This document shows positions 13,708 to 26,379 of a stretch of DNA of 64,000 nucleotides, in pieces. The translations under genes and the position numbers were made by a program. The notes beneath the pieces are model-generated. The model had not been told where the DNA came from, searched no databases, and saw nothing but the letters and a program-made list of their open reading frames with translations. The stretch is taken from contig OX597822.1 in assembly GCA_951406725.2 (NCBI GenBank), positions 38,254,001-38,318,000 on the forward strand, read 5' to 3'. Origin of the DNA: Octopus vulgaris. Its lineage: Eukaryota. Numbering within the stretch: the first letter of the stretch is position 1; the number at the start of each line of letters is the position of its first letter.

Positions 13708-15226
13708 CTCCATTTTTACGTGAATCAATGGAGGTATGTTTGACCACTCAATGTGCAAGAAACAGCAACCAAGACACTTCAAATCACTCCCTACTATCTT
13801 TAAAAAAAATGGATTTACAAGATAATGTAGATCTAAATGTGTTTGGGATTTCTCTGATAAGTTGATTAGATCAATGGTTAACCAACAGAACATGAGAGGG
13901 ATAGTTTAAATACTTAAGGAACCTGCTTGGTTACAACTGTAACCATGTCAGACAACTAGTTATAACCAGAATTAAGAAATGGGAAGTAACTGTATAAATC
14001 CAGGGGGACGTAACTAAATAACGATGATGACCTCTAAAGAGGAAAAAAGAAAGGAATTTGTCAAGTTAAACCGTATATGCCCCTGGTTACGTTTACGCAA
14101 TGCAAAACCTGCTCCGACTTATCTGGATATGAACTCGCTAGGAGGCATCTGACTGAGCATACGAAATGTTCAGTTGGTAGTCGATATCCATAGCTAACAG
14201 TTGCATACTGTCCTTGTCTTCCAGATTGTGAAAGCTTACCATAATGTTTAATCTAAATAGAATGAAATTTTTTATGGGCATATATATATATGGGTTAAAA
14301 GAACCCGCTCTGCAGTCTCCTGACTTACGAGGAATAGCACTCAAAACACACCCATACGCGTTTTTAAAGAAAACTGACAGTGGATGATGTAGTCCTAGAT
14401 ACACTATGACTAGAAAATATGCTGGAGGATTACAGCTGGAAGACATTTGATCAGAAGTCTGCTGGGGATAAACAACTTGTCCACCTACCCACCTTATCAG
14501 ATCATTTAATGTCCGTTTCCCATGTTGGCATGGGTTGGATGGTTTGGCAGGATCCAGTAAAACCAAGGATGCGTAGACCTCCAATATAAGCGTTGGCATG
14601 GTTTCTATGGCTGAATGCCCTTCCAAATGCCAACCACTTTATAATATGTACTAGGTGTTTTATTTTTCATGTCACCAGCACCAGTGGGGTTGCCAAGTAA
14701 CTTGCAAGACAGGAAAGAACAAGAATAGGGAGAAAAGCCCTTGAGACTAAATGAGGAAGTGTTTGAGAGGGTGGAGAGATGGATTTTATACCAAGGACAA
14801 GCAGAGGTGTCTTGCTATAGAGAAAATGCATAGTTACCCTGCACTTATCTATGGGCGGGTGGAAGTATCTGGCAAAAAAGGTTTTGCAAGAGCAAAACTT
14901 TCTAGAAGCAAGAGCTGATACAGGAAAAGTTCTTAAGTCTATTTTTGGTCAACAACATCTTTAAAGCTATAGACAGCATCATACCATTGGACTTGTAATA
15001 TAACAAAATGTATGCTATTCAGTTTCATATTAAAATACCCCCATTCTGATTATTAGATTTGTTTCATCATCTCAGTTCTACATTAATTACACAATAGATG
15101 TGAATCAAGGATTTATCTTAATTGTCTGATGACACCAACTGGGTTATTGTGTAAGCAATTTATTAAATAGAAAATGATTCATTCTAATTAAACCAGTAGG
15201 GAGAGGTCCAAACCAAATACATAGAG

Positions 15227-15533
15227 CAGTGTTCCTCAACCGGGGTTCCCTGGAACACTAGGGTTACAAGAGAAAGAGTGAGATAAGCTAATGTTAATTT
15301 TATGATCATAATATCACTATACATGCACAACATATTATTGATTATTGTAATATAGACATCATCCTATCTAACCTATCATGTTATTGAAAAAATATACCAA
15401 CCATATATATTTATCATGTGAACTAAGATGAAAAAAAATTTGAGAAAGATATGGTATATAATTTTTGGGGGCAGGGGTTCAAGATGTAATTTATTTTAAG
15501 GGTTACAAGAGTAAAAAAGGTTGAGAAACGATG
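15227..15533. mobile_element. hAT/Charlie-type MITE (another hAT-type family at ~13054-13190 and 53970-54497)
   Basis: Termini CAGTGTTCCTCAACC / GGTTGAGAAACGATG. Confidence 0.65.
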
Positions 15534-16257
15534 ACAGAGAAAAGGAGTTCCAAGTGAAAAGAGTACTCAATACTTGCTATGATCTAATTAAAACAGATTA
15601 GTAACTCAACCAGTTTTTAGCAAGAAACTTTTGTCAAAACAAGATTTCCATTTCGTCTAAATAAGAATTTCGCAAAACAGATTTCCTGGATATCAAGTTT
15701 TAGTCCGTTCCTCATCAAACACCCATTTTTTCCCTTCAGATTTCATCATCACCTGTCTAGCTCAGTAATGAGTGAAAAAGTATCATACAACAGCAGAAGA
15801 TAACCATCAGAATCTACCATATTTATGGTAGACAAGTCAAATTTTCCAGACCAAAACTTACAAGCAGGATTTGAAAAGATAGTGTCAATGTTTGAAGGTT
15901 TACACTATATACTGCAGCTTGTATGTCAGAAAAAATATCTGCAAAACACCAAAACCAGTTCTTAGTTCTATGAAGAAGTTTACCACAAGACACTCCAAAA
16001 CACTACACTCAACATTATTCTCAGGAATCTCTGGTATCAGAAAGTCTGCCTAGATTACAAAACTAATTTTTATGTCTTCATTGCCTCTTTTAATTATATT
16101 TCTGAACATACAGCCTACCTTTACAACCTGTGTCCCCACACCATATACACCCTCCAGTTTTGCCAATTCCTAATTAACACCACTCCTAAACGTCTGCTAC
16201 ACAGTAAGAACAAACAATTTCTATTTTCACACTTGAACCAATACAAGCCGTTCTTAC

Positions 16258-16372
16258 CAGCTTTGTTGACAGTCTCTTTCGATGGACCATTCTGAGTCTT
16301 CTTTTTATTGCTAGACTTATTGGCCGCTGCCTTCTTTTGTGCATCTCGTCTCTTTTTGGCATCTGAAGGCAT
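16258..16372 (-). CDS. ABCF2: ABCF2 (ATP-binding cassette F2) first coding exon
   Basis: ATG at 16372; MPSDAKKRRDAQKKAAANK...VNKA resembles the ABCF2 N-terminus (MPSD..KK..AKKK.AA). Donor G|gtaag (phase 1). Acceptor tttttgaacag| at 16388-16387 implies an upstream non-coding exon. Confidence 0.92.
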
Positions 16373-17039
16373 CACAAAATTTATTCCTGTTCAAAAAAGA
16401 AAAAAAAAATGATTCATAAATAATTACAATAACTAAAAGAATAAAAGTATAAAAAAAAAAGTGTCAACCAGTTAACTATTTTACTCCAAAAACTGTCTCC
16501 TGAACCATCTAACCACTAAGATTTACCATCTTCCATCAACACCACCAACCATTAATAGAGATAAACAAAGAAGCCTCTGTAGTTACTCAACCTGCAAGTA
16601 ACAGCAACTTGTAATTAGACCTTACTGTCTAGTAAAAAAAAAAAAGACACTAATTTGATCGGAGATACTGTCCCTAGATGTGATGGTCAACGCTGAAATG
16701 TGTGCTTGACCAAGCCTCACCTGAGGTTAGGCTACATATGTTCAAATGTTTCTTTGATACAGTGAATTGGCACACATATTAAAATATAGGACAACAAATT
16801 GGTTTGCAGTATTTGTTCCAGCTCTACAAGTTCAAATCCTGCAAAAGTCACAATTAACTTTTACCCTACATGGGACAAGGTGGAGAGTGGGGGGACAACA
16901 CCATAAAATGGCCATCCAGAGCAGTGGATAGCAGAAGTGTTAGAGCATCAGACAAAAGGTCTTGTATTGATTGCAGTTGAATGTGTTCTTAGTTCTTGAG
17001 TGATCGACAACAGTTATCAATCAGCTAAAGGCATTCATG

Positions 17040-17260
17040 GGCCAATACACTGTCCCTTGGATACCTTCAGTGAAATTTGCTCTGCTGCAAGCATTTGGGT
17101 GACACCTCATTTGAAAGATAACTTCCTCCTTTCATCCTACCAGTTTGAGATATTCTGAAAAATTAAAGAGTGAAAGCTGCTGCCCTTTTCTTCCTGACAA
17201 AAAAAAAATTCACTTGTTTCTATCCCACCTCTAATCACCAATCTACAAAGTTCCAGAAAC
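17040..17260 (-). mobile_element. Possible decayed Merlin (IS1016/ISXO2-like) transposase fragment
   Basis: LVIRGGIETSEFFF...HSLIFQNI resembles WV.GGI...T...F...TL..II...I of Merlin transposases; by eye only. Confidence 0.3.
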
Positions 17261-17987
17261 CCAAATGCACCATTCTTATCAGGCTGTGAGAGACAGAGAG
17301 AGATTTGGTATTCACTGCTACCAATGCAAAAGAACACACAAATGCTTGCATTCAGTGAAGATATTCACAGCCCAGTCTATCGTTTCACATGTCTAAAAGG
17401 AAAACATTTTCTCCTCCGAGACCATCTCCACAGTGGGACTTTTAATGTCCAAATATACTTGAACACATTAAATATGACCTTATATGACGATATTTTATTT
17501 GACACTGCTTTGTACAGCTTTGTTTAATTCTAACTTGGCCAAGCTTAATGCACATCAGCCAACATAGCATACACTACACTGCACAGCGAGACTGAACCCA
17601 AGACCACATGGTTGTAAAGCAAGCTTCGTAACCACACAGCCACAATTATGTATATATACATACATCTATGTGAAGGCACATGGTCTAATGGTTAGGATGT
17701 TGCACTTAAAATTGTTTCATCATGATTTCCAATTCCTGGACCAAGCTACATGTGTTCTTGAGCAAAACACTGTTTCATGTTGCTCCAGTCCACTGAATTG
17801 TAAAGGGGTACCCTGGAACAGACTGGCTTTTTGATCAGGGGAAATACTGGCCTGCTCACCTAGCCAGGAAGGTAACATCATTCAAAAGCTGAAACAATGC
17901 AAAACGAATTGGGACCCATGATGTATAACAACATCCAGTAGTCTGATCTATCACATGACATTTGTATATATACATGTGTATGTGTGC

Positions 17988-18029
<42 letters not shown>

Positions 18030-18522
18030 AGTAGAGAATGGAGTTGTTGGTATCACATTTATTTCATGGTTTACAGCTGTTTCAACAACATATGAACAAT
18101 GTCATATCAATAATATAATATTGATTACATAATAAAATACCCACAGTCATTTAGTCATACCCTGGTGAACAAATTAATAAGAGTACACATTAGATGAATT
18201 CACCAACAAAGGATTTGGCGGGAGGCACTTGTGTAATAAGAAAGGAGTTTCCACTGGAAATGCAAAAGTGGTAAAAATGAGTTTTACACTAAAATTTAGA
18301 AATCTTAGCTGTATCCTCAGTTAATACTCCTACATATACTGGTTAACAGAGTAATTAAAAAGAAAAGGAGAGGTTTCCTTAGAGGAAGCCATGGCATATA
18401 AACTGTCATGAGAATTTATTACTTATATAGAAAGTCCAAGAATGGAGGTATTGGTATTACATATATTACATTTTATACTGTAATGCAGGAATAAATGTAA
18501 TAGCAATACCTTCACTCTTGGA

Positions 18523-18558
<36 letters not shown>

Positions 18559-19919
18559 CATAATAGTTCCACAGACAGACGTGGGTATCTGCTCACTGAT
18601 TCTGTCTGCATACAAAAGTATAAATTTAGCCTCAAGTGCAAGTCCAAATGGGATAAAACCTGCACATCATTCACAAAAGATACTCTATGCCCCACCCAGC
18701 TTTCTGTTTAAGCTTATTTCAAATTCTCATTTTTAACCATTTTTTCTTATTTTATCCATCATCCTTCCATCCTTCTTACCCCTTCTTTTTCATCATTCTT
18801 CTTCCCTCCTTCACATTTTTTCTGTATTATAATTATTATTCAGGTCCATGCCACTAGCATGATGAGTCAATGCCAGTGCCATCTGACTGTGCCGGTAGCA
18901 CATAAAAAGAACTATCCAAACATGAACAATGCCAGGGCCACCTGATGGCTCCTGTGCTGGTGACACGTAAAAACCACCCACTACACTCTTGGAGTGGTAG
19001 GCGTTAGGAAGGGCATCCAGCTGTAGAAGCATCACCAGATCAGATTGGAACCTGGTTTGCCAGTCCTCAGTCAAACTATCCAACCCATGCCAGCACGGAA
19101 AACGGACGTTAAATGATGATGTAACATCCTTTACCAATGCTGTTCTTTAGCTTTCCATTTACTTAATTACTGTGAAAAATAGCAGAATTTATTGGTTGTA
19201 CTATTTTTTACTACTAAACTACTACTACTACTGTCACTTCTGCTGCTGACACCTCTACCCACACCCCTTTATATAGATTGTGTCAACTTCCCATTTTGTG
19301 GTCATTATGGACCGACAGCTCTTTTTGGCAGTCATTACTTCCCGACTTACTGTACTATACAATATTAAAGGAACCTCAACTGGAAGAAAAAAAAGAGAGG
19401 ATATGTGAATTACAACCAAGTACAAAGTTAAATAACCAAATATGACTGGCTTACAGAGGAAAAAAAAAAATATTTATAGGAAAAAAATATATATAAACTT
19501 AGGACCTATACAGGCTGACAAACAGCCTTGCTTCAAGCAAAGTTGCAAATCAAGCATCTCAACCAGACAACTATATATATATATATTATATACACACGTG
19601 TATATATGTATGTTTATGGCACCTTTCAACTTTTCCTATCCAAAGGCTTTAACCAAATATTTACATGCTATTTATTGCTTTATCTCTTTCACATTCTACT
19701 GTAAAAATTATATATATATTTATACGCTTAGTTATATGCACACACACAAAAGACCTGTGCAGATTTGTGAGATAGAAACTGAAATAAGACCATCATATAT
19801 GTATGTGTGTGTATACATACATACACACACACACACACGTTTGTCACCCAGCACTGCTGGACAACTTATATTGGTTTGTTTACATCCCCCATAAATTAGC
19901 AGTTTTGTAAAAGAGACTG

Positions 19920-20237
19920 GGTACTCAAACCCCTTAAAAAATTGCCATTAAAAAATTGAGTTATCTCCCCACTAAAAAAAATTGAGTTTCTGTGGCGTCA
20001 AGAGAATGGATTAAGAGTTAGAGATCCTTTTGATTCAGTACTTCAACATATTGTTGACGTTTGGCCTCCTCAGTAGGTATGGTATGATTTGTTATAAAAA
20101 TGTTATTAGATTCAATAAGACAATCTTTTCACTTTTCATATTAATTTTTTTTTTTGTTTTATTGAGGGTTAAACAATTTTTTTAGTTGGAGGAGATAACC
20201 CAATTTTTTAATAGGAGTGAGATAACCAAAAAGTACC
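19920..20237. mobile_element. MITE with 8-bp TSD and GG-starting TIRs (Merlin-like), nested in a family B SINE
   Basis: TSD AGAGACTG at 19912-19919 and 20238-20245; termini GGTACT / AGTACC; subterminal inverted repeats attaaaaaattgagttatctcc / ggagataacccaattttttaat. Confidence 0.75.
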
Positions 20238-20529
20238 AGAGACTGATAGAACACCTGGCCTAAAAAAAAGTAAACATTTCACGGCAGCCCCAAGATATGG
20301 CCACAATCCTACAACTAAAACAAAAGAAATGTATGCGTGAATATATTTTGATTGTCATTTAACTGGAGCCATGCTGGAGCACTGCCTTGGAGAGTTTTAA
20401 TCAAACAATCGACCCCAGGACTTATTTTTTAAGCCTAGGATTTATTGTATCGGTCTCTTACTAAACCACTAAGTTACAGGGACATAACACATCAGCACCA
20501 GTTGTCAGTGATAGGATAGACACAAAGAT

Positions 20530-20780
20530 GCACACACACACATATATATATATATACACGTATATATATATATACATATACACACATATACATATATACA
20601 CACATATATAATATATATATACACATATATACATATACATATACACACATATAATATATATATACACATATATACATATACATATACACACATATAATAT
20701 ATATATACACATATATACATATACACACATATACATATATACACACATATAATATATATATACACATATATACACACACA
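20530..20780. repeat. Compound (TA/CA)n microsatellite inside a family B SINE
   Basis: Repeating tatacacatatatacatatacatatacacacatataata blocks; source of spurious VY/IC-rich ORFs. Confidence 0.9.
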
Positions 20781-21907
20781 ACAGGCTTCTTTCAGTTTAT
20801 ATCTACCAAAATTTGATTGACCCAAAGCTATAGTAGAAGACATTTGCCCAAGATGTCACACAGTGGGACTGAACCCAGACTCATATATATATACCACATA
20901 GCCACAACTGCACCTATATATATATATATTTCATCATGCTGAACCAATAACCCTTACATATTTTTTTCTCCTTTTAATCCTTTCAATCAAAAGAGCATAG
21001 GCATAAAATGTCAAAGACTTTTCCATTCTTCCTGACCATTAAACTAATACACCTACTTGTTCCTACACTTGCTTTCGTCTTTTGTTTTCTGTAAATTCGA
21101 ACTATATAAATAATGCACTCAACAAAAGGAAAAACCAGTAGTGCCAGTAGAGAGCTCCCTCAAATGCTGTTGCTGTATGCATGACTGCCATTCTCATGTG
21201 GGTCTCTACAACCACAGACAGATGTTGTACTATCATCAGCAGCTAACAAAATTTCTTCAGGCACAGATCCATGGTCTCTTGAGACCAATGGATGCCTGCT
21301 ATACATATATATACTTTTATTTGTTTCAGTCATTTGACTGCGGCCATGCTAGAGCACCACCTTTAGTCGAGCAAATCAACCCCAGGACTTATTCTTTGTA
21401 AGCCTAGTATTTATTCTATCGGTTTCTCTTACCGAACTGCTAAATGACAGGGAAGTAAACACACCAGCATTGGTTGTCAAGCAATGTTGGGGGGACAAAC
21501 ACAGACACACACCTGTGTGTGTGGTGTGTATATGTATATATCATCATCATATATAAACACACATACAACGGGCTTCTTTCAGTTTCCATCTTCCAAATCC
21601 ACTCACAAGGCTCCGATCAGCCCGAGGCTATAGTAGAAGACAGCCATGCAGAGGTACTGAACCCAGAACCATGTGGTTGATAAGTAGGCTACTTATCACA
21701 TAGCCACTCCTGCGCCATTTATATATATATATAAATGATCTTCGGCAATGAAACTACACAAATACTGTTGGCGATTTCTTTTCCTTCATTGAACTTTTCC
21801 CTTTTTCTTTTCCAATGAAGAGCTATGCTCGAAACATCAAGCTAATACATTACATTCCTTGTGCATGTCCTCTTGTCAGTTAATTTTATTATTTGTTTAT
21901 TTGTATT

Positions 21908-21945
<38 letters not shown>

Positions 21946-22479
21946 TTTATTTAAAGCAACAGAAAATTCAACAAAATCTGTTACTCTATCAGACAGTTTT
22001 TGTTAGAATTTATGTGTTTACTCCGGTATATATATATATATACACACACACTAATATCAAACAGTGAAAATGAGTACTTAACGCTGAATTTGTGAGTAAA
22101 TATACTTTATTTATATAAACATAGCAGCAATGGTTATCCACAATTGTTCAAGCTTACCATATTGAAATTTCAGTACTAGTCTCCAAGATAAAGACAAGTA
22201 CACAAGTACCAAGATTTCAAAGTAGTGAATTTGAACAACTGTGGAGATCATTACTACATGAAACCATTAGTTGCCTTTTTAATCCACAAATAAAGTATCA
22301 CTTTGTAACTTTAGTCCATTAAATAAAAATATATAGTCATCTTTTGAGTTCTATTTTCTTGTTTGTATTGCTAAACCTGCAAAAATATGCATGTGTGTGT
22401 GTTCTACATACATACACGCTATCCTGCTGCACATTGGAGTAAAGAAAGTTCTATTTATTATTTTAATCAACCTTTAATA

Positions 22480-25400
22480 GGTGGTAAATTAAAGGATAGA
22501 GAACGGCGAGTATAAAGTACAGTCAGATGAATAATCGCATGTTGGTATATAAACGACAAAAGATAAATGTGTGTACTTAGGGAGGTGAATACATAGAACG
22601 CATTCTGATATTTCGATATAATTTCAGTATCATATGCGGTAAACGGAAATCATGTCTTCCCACATCCCGACGCCAATTAGTCAGCAGGGTCAAAAAAAGA
22701 TGTGTATCTCACATATATTGTACTGAATCAATAGTCTAGCCATATCTCAACGCCCCACAAGGGTCACTCGGCCGGCGAGAAATAAAGCCAAATCTGTAAA
22801 TTACACCATAGTCTTAGAAAAGGACACGTTGACTACTTCGGTCCAGAATTATCAGCAGCTAGGTAAAAAAAGCAGTCGAGATGGTCACGGCTAAATCATC
22901 TTTGATCAGAGGTCTGCTCGATCAAGGTTGGCCTGGAGATCAACTGGCCGTATGCCAGAATGAGTCTATATCTATTGTATCTACGACTAAATCTAAGGGG
23001 ACATTATATTGAAGCGATGTTATTTATACACGACAGGCCACGCAAGAGTCTCTTTCGACGGCTCATCTATCTCGTAATATACTTATGTAATTAGCATCTA
23101 GTATATAATAGACATATAGTGTTGCTTAGCCCGTCGTCAAAACCTGATGAAGTAAACCTATAAAGAAAGACGTTCCAGATGTAACCATCTTGCCTTCTTT
23201 TATTCAAATATTGTACATCTATGGCCAACACTCTGCAGTGTTTCCTTCTATTTAAAAAGATAACCATAGTTTAATCCGAGGAAGAGTTGGCTGTTGTTTT
23301 CAGTAGGCCTCATGATAGCGGTATTGATAGATTTATTCTCCGTTAGTCAAGCACATAGTTGTCACGTGGAGCAACAGAAATGGCGGTAGATATCAGAGAG
23401 GGAGTGGGAGAGCAAACTTACCATCACCACAAATCGCGGGAGAGAGAGAAAAAGAAAGGAAGAGAGGGGGGGTAAAGTGCTTGCCACCACCGGTTGCCGG
23501 AGAGAAAGAGAAAGTAAAGGGGGTGACAATAGGCTTCTTATCATTAGCATCATCGCTGTCACCAGCTGAAGCCCCGAAGGGGTCGATCGACCTGCTAGAA
23601 ATAGCAACCAACTCACTATCTTAAAAAAAAAGAAAAGCCGTTGCATAATGTAATCCCTGACGTACACAAAGGGATGGTCAAAACCGGAACACCTTTGATG
23701 TGGTCGATCAGGATTGATCTCGGATTATACATCACTTTCCCCCATCACAACTGGTTGAAATATCTGATCGGAATGGCTGGAAGGTTTAGCCAGTGTTAGA
23801 AATATTGTAATATGTAACTTTTCCTTTTTACAATGGTGAATATTACTTGTTATTTTGTCCGATTCAATATGCAGTGATACGTTTAAGTTTTCTTTTATTT
23901 AACACATATTGTGGATTTCTGGCATTTAAGGGAGCTAGGGCCTGCAAAAACTTACTGATCTCCCTCCATACAATAACCTAACTTTTTTTTTTCTTTTGTC
24001 ATCAATGATTTCCTCGGAATCTAATTTTTTTGTTATTTCCTCTAACCTTTTTTTCATATTCTTTCTTTCGCACAATGACTAAGGTGTGGGCAGGATTCTA
24101 GAGAAATGATTCGTGTGGGAAATGTGTCCACCGTCTACGAGAGACGTAAAAGTAACCGCCATTTCGTTTTACAATTTGTTACTTAACTATACAGGTATAA
24201 GAACACAACACGTTGTGACTATCCCAAGGTAGATCCTAACTTCGTTACAAAAAGAAAATTTTAGAAAATTACAGACTAACAACCTAAATCAGCAGTTGCT
24301 GAGGAAGGTATTAATTAAATAATTAACCGGACACAAAATTTTCCATTAAAACGAAATGGCTGTCCGTTTTGGCGGAGTTTTTATTGGCCACTGGTATTTT
24401 AGTTTTATCTCTAAAGACTTATTTCAAAACCTACCACGGTAAACTTGTCATTCTTCAAGGGAGTGATACAAGTATCAGTCATACAATGGCATAGATCGAA
24501 CTTGATATTTCTAAGTATCGTGGCATTGTCTAAGATTGGGTCTTTGAATTCACTATACCCACATCACGGGAAAACGAACCGTCGGTTCTCTCCAAGCTGC
24601 TATGACTGTGATGTTAGTGTCGAAGGTAAAAAAGATTAATGTTCTTTCTTTTCCTGCCTGAATGATCGTATTAATCCGCGGGGCTGCCCCAGGCAGGTGC
24701 CAATAGTTAGATTTCCCCCAAAACTAAAACCACAGGTGGGTAAGTCTGTCCGGTTCCAAAATCTACTCTCAAACACAATTTACACTTAATACTCGCTTTT
24801 CTCCATAGCACCAAGTGAACGTTACGAACTAATCTCTTCCTTTCCATGCTGGTTTAATAAACCAGAGGCCGGGTGTTATTTTAGTAAGAAATACCGAGAG
24901 AAAAAAAACTAGTTGAATAGTCAGGGAACCAGACATTATATGGCGGCCTTCGGCTCTTTTTCTTCCTTAATCTCTAGATTCTTATATTTCCAATACCAAC
25001 CATATCCATTCTCTCAAACGTCTTTCTCTTCAGTTTCTCGAATATTCTTCTTCCTTCCCTACTTCTATTACAAAATCTCATCAGCCCCGTCCACCTCTGT
25101 ATATTTATCTCTCTTTCACTAGTGTCATTGACTTCAACTTCCCTTCACTTCACTTCAAACTCACTTTCTTCGTCTACCTCTTCGCTTTCTCTCTCTCTTT
25201 GTCACAATAGCTCGCTCTTCTATCTATATATATATATATATATAATAACTGGCATTTTCGCTTACTTTCCCTGTTCCTCTCATCCTATTCCTCATTGACA
25301 TTCTTCCTTTCATCTTCTTCCACCTCTCTTTCACTAACTTTCTCCCTTTCACACTCCCTCCGTCGTTCATTCAATAACTCTCCCGCCACTTCAACACCAT

Positions 25401-26330
25401 TACGTAAAACAGTAACCCAGCCGGCATCATGCCGGTATAAATCTCAAATCCAGGAAACACAAAATAAAATGAATATTTTAAGGAGCGGAACACAAACGTG
25501 AATTCGAGAATCAAAGTAATATGAAACGTCAAACTTACCGGCTTTTTAATTTTTTTCTTAAGACGACTGAAAAAAAAATATCAGAAAATAGTGAGTACTT
25601 GAGGTATGCAGCGTATAAGTACCTAATAAGTTAATAAGTATAAGTACCTACAGTTCTTTCTTTATAAATATATGTAGGTAGATATATATATAACTGCGTG
25701 TCTGTGTCCGTCTTGAAAGTTCCTGCTACTGACACAGACGGCTGCCGGTGAATATATCTGTGTCTGTATGAAGAGATCGACTAAGCCGCACTTAATGATT
25801 CTTGTAACAGCGAGTGGGTAGAAATTCCAATACTCAACAAAAAGACGTTGAGATGACGAAAAAAAAATATTAATTAAACAATCATCATATGGAAAAGTGA
25901 AAAATAATTCTGTTTCGGGGACAAAGAAAATACCTGTGTTAAACTTCGATTTTATTTATTAATATTTTCTTGTCTGTCATTTTCGGCGTCTTTGGTCTCA
26001 GGGACTCGTTTAAATGGTCCGTGCTAGTCATGTGATAGCAATCACGCAGCAAAGCACGCAATATCCTTTTACTGTTCGATTGCGTAATACGTAAGTCGTT
26101 ATTGCGCATTTAAAGGGTTGTGGTCTGTTAACTCACCAGTACGATCTTCCTCGAAAGCATGATTTTAAGAATGTGTTTATGGTTTTTAATGTCGTCACAA
26201 AATACCGAGATTATAGAACCTTGGAGAAATACCTCAGCGAAATATTATGCATTCTTAATACACATACGGTCGAGATTCACATGTCTGATATAGTGAGTTG
26301 AAAAAAAAACTTGGATTGAAATTATCCTAT
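22480..26330 (-). promoter_or_regulatory. CpG-retaining block: probable ABCF2 promoter, non-coding first exon and start of intron 1
   Basis: CpG is visibly frequent here against a CpG-depleted background. Strong minus-strand donors CCG|gtaagt (exon end 25539) and CTG|gtgagt (exon end 26137). bZIP-like ATTGCGTAAT and TTGCGCA motifs at ~26080-26108. TSS not determinable. Confidence 0.55.
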
Positions 26331-26379
26331 CATTATTGTTGCTGTTCATAATCAGTATCTCTATATCCCTTATATATAT

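Noticed and set aside
14138-14626. 162-aa minus-strand ORF
   Set aside because: Runs across an RTE tail, another dispersed repeat and a TA tract; no recognisable domain.
20461-20843. VY/IC-repeat ORFs in three frames
   Set aside because: Translation of a (TA/CA)n microsatellite.
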